A stretch of DNA of 64,000 bases from Patellaria atrata CBS 101060 (Eukaryota). Positions 55,313 to 64,000 of the stretch are shown here, piece after piece; within the stretch, counting starts at the first letter, position 1, and the number at the start of each line of letters is the position of its first letter. A model generated the notes under the pieces. That model was not told the origin of the DNA. It ran no database searches and was given only the letters and a program-made list of their open reading frames with translations. Location of the stretch: assembly GCA_010093705.1 (NCBI GenBank), contig MU006113.1, forward strand, positions 181,165 to 245,164, in the 5' to 3' direction. The position numbers were made by a program, and so were the translations under genes.

Positions 55313-55750
55313 TGCGCTAATACTTCAGATGCGCCCACTGGAGGATGAAATGGGAGCTCTTATTACAGACACACGATGAACGACGAGTTGTAATGTACAA
55401 ACAAGTTATCTCAGAGCTCAAACGGCTCTTTCCTAAGTTCGAAGACGATCGCTGTGTGATAAAATGGAGCTCTTATTGTAGACCGTCTAATACCTACAGT
55501 GCAACACCAGACAAGATGAACAGACGGAACTAAGGTAGTTGTTGTTGATTGTATAGACCTGCGACGCCGAAGCTCCTGCAAGCTTGATGTCTTAGCGTTT
55601 GAGGCTCAACCTCACCCCCGCTGGCCGCAACTACAAACAGATCCCCTATACTTTATTTGATCAGACCAGAACTCAAGCTGTCAACACCGGACACACCCTT
55701 ACTATCCTTCTCCTCGCCCAATCTTGATACTCATATTCTCCACATCTATC

Positions 55751-56698
55751 ATGGCAGACCGATTTCCCTCGTTAGACGAAATTGATGCTGGTAAGTCACG
55801 TCGTCAGTTTTGATTATCCTGTACAGGTTTACGGCATCTTCTAAAACGGCTCCCTCTTCTAGGTCAGACTGAGGCGCGCGGCGAATTGAACTTTGATCTC
55901 GTCGACTCAACCGAAGACGATTTTCTTGCTCGCGAACGCGCTGCTCTTGGTGATGAAGCAAATCAATTCACCACAGCTGCGGACCGTTTAGCTACAACCG
56001 TAGAGGATGCTGGCGATGACGACCTACTCGGCGATGGTTTAGCAGACGTAGGCGGACAAGAGCTAGGTGGATTCGAAAGTTCATTCCCGGCGATAGATAC
56101 ATCGAATGAGGTATATTGACTTCACCCTTATCACCTCAACGGATCTCCCAATTATGCACATATTGGATTATCCATGCTATTAAGTATCTTATGACTTGTG
56201 GCTAACCGAAATCGCCTCCATCAGCACATGGCCCCTGGCGGCACCATAACCGGCACGACTCTCCCCAACATCCCCGGCTTCCCCCGCAGCAACTCCCCCT
56301 ACGTACAACCCTCCTTCTCTGATGAGCCCGAACCAGACGTCATACGCGAATGGCGTGAACGCCGCGACCTCGCTCTCGAGCACCGTGACTCCGTCTCTGC
56401 GGGAAAGAAGGACAAAACCATCACCGAAGCTCGAACCGCGATCGACGATTTCTATGAGAACTACAACAACAAGAAGGAAAAGGCGATCGCACAGACGAGG
56501 CGCGAAGCTGAGGAATTTCTGGAAAATAGGGAGGATACCAGCGCAGGTGGCACCAGCTGGGAGCGCATTGCGAAGCTGGTGGATCTGAGCGGGAAGGGCG
56601 CAAGGGGTGGTGCGAGTGGGACTGGTAAAGAGAGATTCAGGGAGTTGTTGGTCAGCCTAAGGAAGGATGAAAATGCACCCGGAGCGACGGGTTACTAG
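55751..56698 (+). CDS. CLC1: Clathrin light chain, 3 exons
   Basis: MADRFPSLDEID, DFLARERAALG, EPDVIREWRERR, IDDFYENYN, GGTSWERIAKLVD, RFRELLVSLRKDENAPGA. Confidence 0.96.
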
Positions 56699-57398
56699 AT
56701 GGTAGGTGAGGCAGCATGATTTACTTCTGTTCTTATGGCGCGGGAAAAGCTGGAATGGGACCTCTCGTCAATTTTATGGGATTGAGTTCAGTGTATCATA
56801 AAAACATATTGGATGTAGGAGGGTCTTTTGCCTTGCGAATAAGTCCTATTCCTTAGCTTTACAGTAATGGACCCATTCAAAATGTTAAAAGTTTCTTTAG
56901 CCGTACTACCTTCAGTGTATCTCCTTGTTATACTCATTAATGTCTCCCTTTTGTCGCCAACTAAGTTACTCTTCCTAGTTTATCACCACCGTCATCACTT
57001 CGAATGGAACAAACAACGAACTGTTTTAGGTCGAATGCGTGAAATCGTCGAACGTCTGGAGGCCACTCTCGCACCTCAGATTCTCAGCACTTAGAACAAT
57101 GTCAACGAATTTGATTGGATCAAGTCAATCAATGGATACATCAAAATCACATTCAGGCAGGAAAGTATACCAATAGTATGGTGCTGTTGGATATCTGAAT
57201 TTTATCTTTTTTGAGACCTAGGCTCGGTGCTGGTGTTCACAGAGTTGGTGGAGACTCCATCAAACAGTGCAAACTCAGTAGCATCGCTTATTTCTATTCA
57301 ATATAGCTAATATACTGATAGTCACTCCCTATCCACATAATTCCTCTATTATACTTTTTTTCTAACTCTCAATCCCTATTCTTGTCACGCCCGGCCGC

Positions 57399-58392
57399 TC
57401 AAGGCTTCGAAACACCCCACCCTTCGCCCAAACTCTCGAAGACCTCCTTAACCGCTCTCTCCAGACTCTCAGTCCTAATCCCATAATCTCTCGGTCCCGG
57501 ATCTCCAAGCATACTCACCACCCTGTCTCCCCCGACTGGATCCGCAATCTCAACCACGCTCCCTCCTCCCCACTCCTCTTTCTCCGCACACCCCACAATC
57601 GTCTCCGCCACCCTCTCAGGTGAAATCCAATTATCCTGTATCCGGCCATCAACGATCTTCCACTTCTCCGTCTCCGTCCATAACGGCGTTTTGATCATGC
57701 CCGGAGCTACAGCGTTGACACGCACGCCCAAGGCTTTATCTAACCATCCCAAGCTCCGCGCGAATCCCGAAATGCCCCATTTCGAAGCATGATAGAGCGG
57801 CGTGATAGGCCCGGCGAGTTGGCCGGCGATGCTACTTACTAGGACAACCCGCTTCGGGTTCTCCTTCTCGACTTTCTGCTGTCCGGGCGCCGGGTTCAGC
57901 CAGTGCGACAGCGCGAGTTGCGTCACGCGGATCGGATGCGTTAGGTTTAGGTCGAAGATCTTATACCTGTCCCCGTCGACAGGGTCCCTGGAGAGAGAGT
58001 TGCCTGGGGGATGCCAGAAGCTGGAGGTGGGCGGCTCGAAGATGCCGGCGGAGGGGACGACGATGTCGATGGTTGGGAAGCTCGCGAGTGCGGTTGCGAA
58101 GAGCGTAGAGAGCTGCGTCCAGGAGGTTACGTCTGTGCGGACGAAGAGTACGCGAGGCGAGGAACTGGGGGCGGAGTGGGCGTCAATGAGGGATTGTGCT
58201 TCCGGGCGAAAAGACAGATCGGCGATGATAACATTGCACTTTCTGGAGAGGAGTAGAGATGCAAGGGCAAGGCCAATGCCTGGGGTGATTAGTGAGAGGG
58301 TTACGAGGATGGGGAATGGATGTACCTGAGCCGCCTCCGGTGATGAGGGCGGTTTTACCTTCGACGGAGAAGGGAACTGGTTCGGATACCAT
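57399..58392 (-). CDS. Short-chain dehydrogenase/reductase (15-hydroxyprostaglandin dehydrogenase-like), 2 exons
   Basis: TGGGSG|IG Rossmann motif across intron 58325-58280, TDVTSW, AGIFEP..S.FWHPPG, SSIAGQ, catalytic YHASK, VAPGMIKTPLW. Confidence 0.93.
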
Positions 58393-59727
58393 GATGCTTA
58401 CGAAGATTGATTGCAATATTACATTTACCACCAAGTCCTGACAGTACCAACAGGAGAATCAATTTATATTACGCCGTGCTGTACATCGATAATGGGAGGG
58501 GAAGCTCTTAAGAGCTCCATCACTGCAGTTTAAGCAGACTACAAGGAGTTATCCTACGCCCCACTTGCACAGAGATATAGCCCCCACCAATATCTTCGAC
58601 GAATGGAAGTCAATCAAGACCTCGGGGTGATTCATGTTCCAGCGTACGCAGCGAAACATATCCGATGTGAGCTAATGAAACCTCGGCATCCTACCTACGG
58701 CAGCCCACAAAGAAGTTCTATACCAGTACTTTGTTCTTACGAGTATTTCAACTTCATCTTCTACATTGATTATGTACGCGAAGGGAATATCATCGTTCGC
58801 CATATTATTGTGCAAGAAGAAAGTCAGTGATAAAAGCCAAATATGTTTCACTAATACAACTTGATTTTCTTGGACAGTTGAACCTCTAACTTAAAGGACA
58901 CTTGAAACGGAAATACTACTAATGGCTGACTTCCTCACTGTCAAAGTTATAATTTTATAAAACAACCTCGAGACTGCGTCTTGAAGTGTTTTTAATGAAC
59001 TTTAAGTTGGCTCTAACCTCACCTTGGGTTTAAACCCAGCGTAAGCGTCCTAAAAGCTAGCTACGGGGAAATCATTCTCTCATCTTGAATGGAAATGACA
59101 TACCTATAGAGAAGTAGTCCTTAACTATAGTACATATGGGAACAAGCCAAAAGCGATGAGGGGAATTGTGTGGACCTACACGTTCACAAAAACACTCAGA
59201 AACAAGTTACTAAGGGGAAATTGTAAGATCATCAGATTTTGATGGACTTTTGATTACTGCTAAAGCTCAGGCTATGGTATTTGTACAGCTAAACACTCAA
59301 CTCAAGTATTATCTAGCACGGCTTCTCAGCTCACTGAGGCATGCGCTCTCTTTTAAGGAACCAGGTTCGATATCTACTATGCCCAAGGGAATCCACACAA
59401 TGTATCCACTACGCCAGACTGATGCTGTGGGTATCTCCAGGTATGCGACCAAATGCTCGTAGAAAATCCTACAAAAGGCAGATACTGCCTTTACAGACCA
59501 GGAACCAAGTAAAGAAGCCGGTATAATTGGCAAGTCGCTTTCCGGGCTTTGATAGGTTTACAGACAAAGAAAAAGTAGGAAATTTAGGTTTTTGTAAACC
59601 CTGACGCATTGAAGGAAGTTATGCTCAAACTAAGAACTACCGGACGCAGTGAGGATGTTGTCTGTACTGAATGAATTGCTCGTACCGAATGTTTTTAGCA
59701 ATCAGCCTTCCGTTCAGGCTGCGAAGA

Positions 59728-62700
59728 CTATATGTCCAGCACTTTGGTGGGGTCGTCGAAGAATTTGCGACGGAAGGCCACTATGCGAGAGGCGACCGGA
59801 TCAGTATCTTTAGCCCCGTGGAGGCGTAGTTCCGCAAGGACGACTTTAAGAGCGTCTGCCCATTGTTTCTTTTTCTCAAGAGAATGAGTCGAGCCTATTG
59901 TGCCAAGTTCGACAAGGACTTCATGACCTGTGGGATTAGAAGTAAAAGAATCAGCATGTGAACAGGAGAAAAGACTTAAACCTTGAGAACGCGAGAAATA
60001 AAGAGATGATTTAGAAATCGACAAGATGAGATAGGTACAGAAGAGAAAAAGAGAAAAACTGCAAGGACAGGGTACATTTATAAACTAACCCTCGAGGACC
60101 ATCTCACGGAAGTGTTGATTATGACAGTGAGGATCATTGCACGAGCCTCCTGCCGCTTCAAACTGACACAGAGGTTTATCTGCGTCGATCGTATTGTTGA
60201 ATGTCAACGAAGCAAAGCCACCGGAGACGTCTGTAGGATAGAGGCGACTGAAGCGGTAAGCTTTGAAGAGTTTTAATGGGCTCTCATATGGCGTGAAATA
60301 GGGATGAGAAGAAAGATAATTGCTCTATTTTATCGTTAGTTGTTTACTATGAAATCCGGTTGTAACTTACTGGCTGCACATATGCAACTGGACCATCGTT
60401 CCTTCGCTGGAGTCCTGTAGCTAAGTCATCCGATACGTCTACTCTGGACATATCATAGAGCGAACGCTGGAAGAGATAGTCATTAGCACTTGTTGGAGAT
60501 TCACCTGTGGCATATTGACTTGTATCAGTATGCACTTTAAACGACGGTTCAGACATAAAGTCTGGTGGTTCATAATCATCTCCGCTGTCTATTTCGGTAT
60601 TAGCAGCACCGGATGTGGATCTCGGAAGAGTCTCTTCAGCATTTTGTGCGGAAACCGGCATTATGTGCTCACCAACATGACTGAGTCCTGGAAGAAGCGT
60701 GGTCACCAGAGGTGGTTCGTAATCGTCAGAACCGGCCAATGACTCAGTATAATTACTGAGCTCGTCAGATTCCACTGTGGACTCTCGCCCACCTCGAATA
60801 ACGGGTATATTATTTTCTTGATACGATATCGATGAGACGCCATCATTGTGATCTTGTACCATCGGTAGAGTTGAGTCTACATCATAGAAATTTTCTACGC
60901 TATCGTTCTTAAGTGGTAAACCTTCCTCTAGTGGATGTCTAGAGGCTACGGCACCGTTATCAATAGCTGGGGCAGAAACTGGGGACTCCGCAGAATCTGT
61001 CATGCGCACAGAAAACATGTTATCTGCAGCAATAGAGAGCTGTTCCGAATCACTCATCGACATATCCATTGCATCATCCATCGCATCAAACTCCTCTTGT
61101 TGAGTGTTTGAAGAAACGGGAGGCTTTAACTGCGAGTTCTCGATCTGTACGTCCGGTGTTGTGGTAGGGCTTGATTCACTCACAGTGCGCAGAGTGAATT
61201 GTATCTCTTCCATAGTAGGATGGGGAGCTTGGAGTAAACTCTGTTGAAGCAACATATCGGAGATATGTGAAATCTCAGGATTAGCGTCGCCTAAAGTTAA
61301 TGTAAGTACTGCATTTGCGAAGGTGTAGGAAAGAGCTTACTTTTTCGGAGTTCTAATTCTGGAGTCTCTGTCTGATTTTCGGCTTCTATCTGAAGAAGTT
61401 CTTTCTGGAGTTCTTCCATGAGAGCTGCAACCTTCGCAACCTCCTCTTGTTTCGCACGCTTCTTTTCTAGCCACTGAGCTTGTACACGACTAGACGAAGA
61501 AGAATCCTGCTCTTGGGCTGATGGCGCCCCTGAAGTTTGGGTAGTGGCTGCTCCGGTTGCTTCGGCAGTCGAACCTTTTGGTGCTTGACCAGTGGGGGTG
61601 TTAATTGTAGATTTCGTATTGGAATTCTCGGGGCTAGGAGATGCAGTTTTTGGCGCTGATAAAGAGGGAACTGCTTTTGGCGCTGCAGGTGACTCAACCT
61701 GCCCAGCGTTTGAATTGGTCTTTCGTTGATTCTTGACCTCTGCGAGTTTCTTCTCCCTAGACGCACGCTCGAGCTCTGCAAGTTTTTGCTTCGTCGCCAC
61801 TAGCTCTTTCTCTTTCTGTTGCCTAAGTACCTCCAAGTCTCGTAAAGAACCGGGAGTCTGAACTGCGGGTGGGGTGCTGAACGTCGAACTGGATGCAGTA
61901 GGTGGTTGCCATGCTCCTGTCGGCTTTGAGAAGAAGCTAGTCAGACTGGGAGTGACCTGAGCACTCTTCTGTTTTTTAGGTATCGCAGAGACACTGTGCG
62001 CCTCAGATCGCTCCTTGGATGGAGCATCGTCAATATCCATAACACTAGTAGTTGACTCATCATCACTGGCTTGAATGAGCATCTCCTCGTCGAGGTTTTC
62101 GTACCGTTTATCCTGACCAAAACGTCGTTTGAACATCGCAGAGGTACCAGCATGACTGCTTTCACCGTGATCCGATGATAAAGGACGTTTTCTATTCGCA
62201 TTTTCCACGACCTGTGGAGTAACCTCATTTGTGGTGCTTGAGTTTGCTTGTGAGACAAGCGGCGGCACGATTGCGGCTTTGAAACTGTCACTACCCAACG
62301 ATATTGATGGCTGTACGTTTTCCGAAGAGGATGCCAGAAAGAGACCAGGTATCCTTGTAAAAGTTGGCGTGACTGTAGGAAATATCGCCTGCGAAGGTCT
62401 CTGTGTTTTGGAAGGTGTACCTGGTGCAGCGGGTGACGTGGTTGCGCCAGAAATTGTGAGACCGACTGTTTGTGGTACTTGCGGGGTGGTTGTAGTTGCC
62501 CTTCTAGCCGCCGCCAAAGCTTCTATTTTCTGGCGAGCCAATTCGGTCTGCGCTCTCTTCTTCTCTGCAGCTTTGCGCGCCGCGTCATCCACCAGCTGCT
62601 CGGGCGTACGGATCGATGTACTGCTGGGTTCCTGGGTTACGGTTTTAGAAGCTTTTGGAGCTTCGACGTTCCCTGCGGCGACAGTTGAAGGAGACGCCTG

Positions 62701-64000
62701 TTTTGCGGAGCTATTAGATTTACTCTTTAATTCCATCAGCTTGGCGAGGTACTCTGCCCGGTTGGGGCCATCCTTGACTCCGGTAACTGAGGGTAACTTC
62801 TTTTGACCATCGCCCTGGTAAGATCGATCATTTCCGGCAGCAATTGGCACCTTCTCAAGGCTTCTTGTTGGGACAGAGTCCTCCTTTGTGATAACCGGCG
62901 GCGGGGGCCGGTACACTCCAGAACCGGAAAAATCTATTGCAGAAAACGGGAGGAGAGTTGGACGTGTGTCATGAATTTCGGGAATATTAGTGGGTTTTTG
63001 CGCTTGAGCGTTGTCACCTTGCTCAGATTGCGATTTTTTCATCGTGTCTTGTTTCGTGATAGGCGGGTTTTTATCTGTTACAATTGGAATATTGAGTTCG
63101 CGATAGAGCTCGGCAAGCCACGAAGGGTTATGGCCTTCCTCGACAAAATCTTCGTAAGTGTAACCGTTTTCGTGCATTAGCGATAAGAATCGCTTCGCGC
63201 GCTCGCGTTTCGCTGAAAGATCTGGTGATTTTATACGGGGGTGGGCGAGTGTGGAAGATGGTGGGCTATCTGTTTTGAACGTAAGAAGTCGGCACGCGAA
63301 GGTACGCGTTTGCAAACAAACTCATGGACTTACTTCGGTGTAAGAGGTCACGAGGCCTATCGGATTCACCTCGAGTGCTCTGAGAACCAAACTCAGGCCT
63401 TGGATTACGTTGCGACTCCTGTGAGTGTGGAGGTTTAAACCCAGCTGTACAATGTTAGACAAAGAATCTGCGAATTGTAGTTTCGACATCTAAAGACGGA
63501 CCTGTTTCGTTCAAGTCCCTGTTACGGGCTTGATCCATTGAGAAGTGGCGATGCATTGACGGATTTTGAGCAACGTCCGTTTGGGTAGTTGACCTCATGG
63601 GAGGTTCTAGAAATCTTGTTGCAGTCGCGGGTGAGCTGTCACTAAGCTCACCCTCCTCCCGATCTGTATCTAACACTTCCTGAACCCGAGTATGAGCTGG
63701 TATATTGGACAGATAAGGCGTTGGTTGAGATTGGGTCCCCGGGTTGGGGTGGAAACCAGTTGGAAGGAATGTCGGCGGAGGAGCCATTGGAAAGATATGA
63801 GTAGCATGCACAGGAGGTGGCGGAGCAGGGAATAATGGCGGCACCTGAGCTGGTGCCCAAGGTGATGTTAAGGGTGTCGTGACTTGACCTTCGACCATTG
63901 GAAGGCCTGCGTTATACTGATGTGCGTTTGGTACAGCAATACCGTACTGCTGATAGTGGATGGATCCAGGCTGCGGAGAGGGGTAATACGGATGCTGGTT
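59728..64000 (-). CDS. Red1/ZFC3H1-like zf-C3H1 protein (nuclear exosome adaptor), 5' end outside the window
   Basis: Frame is open to the window edge. Long disordered and coiled-coil exons. An exon at about 60324-60090, missed by the ORF track, encodes FTPYESPLKLFKAYRF...LCQFEAAGGSCNDPHCHNQHFR. EEGELSD motif near 63640-63660. Confidence 0.8.

Overview
Eukaryotic DNA from a filamentous ascomycete (Pezizomycotina-type genes with short GT-AG introns and CTRAC-like branch sites). The left ~26 kb is gene-sparse and accessory-like. It holds a secreted GH3 beta-glucosidase, a doubly frameshifted F-box-like pseudogene, a Cys-rich GPI-type surface protein, an orphan 7-TM membrane protein, a CDT-2-like cellodextrin permease, an alpha/beta esterase and a secreted SGNH hydrolase. 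The right ~38 kb is mostly core genes: ATG17, a Zn2Cys6 factor, a BTB protein, DOA1, IST3/RBMX2, SMC3, RTT103, clathrin light chain, an SDR and a 5'-truncated Red1/ZFC3H1-like gene. It also contains a fold-back MITE with a TA target-site duplication and RIP-like mutations, and a head-to-head pair of a GPI mucin-like gene and a probably inactive membrane aspartic-protease homologue. I found no tRNA, rRNA, CRISPR array or autonomous transposon, and no clear-cut novel multi-gene system. The strongest leads are recurrent orientation-independent C/A-to-G/T skew flips, the GPCR-like orphan, the mucin/pseudoprotease pair and a loose plant-oligosaccharide neighbourhood with matching promoter motifs. 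Gene models were assembled by eye and family calls rest on recalled motifs, not database searches.
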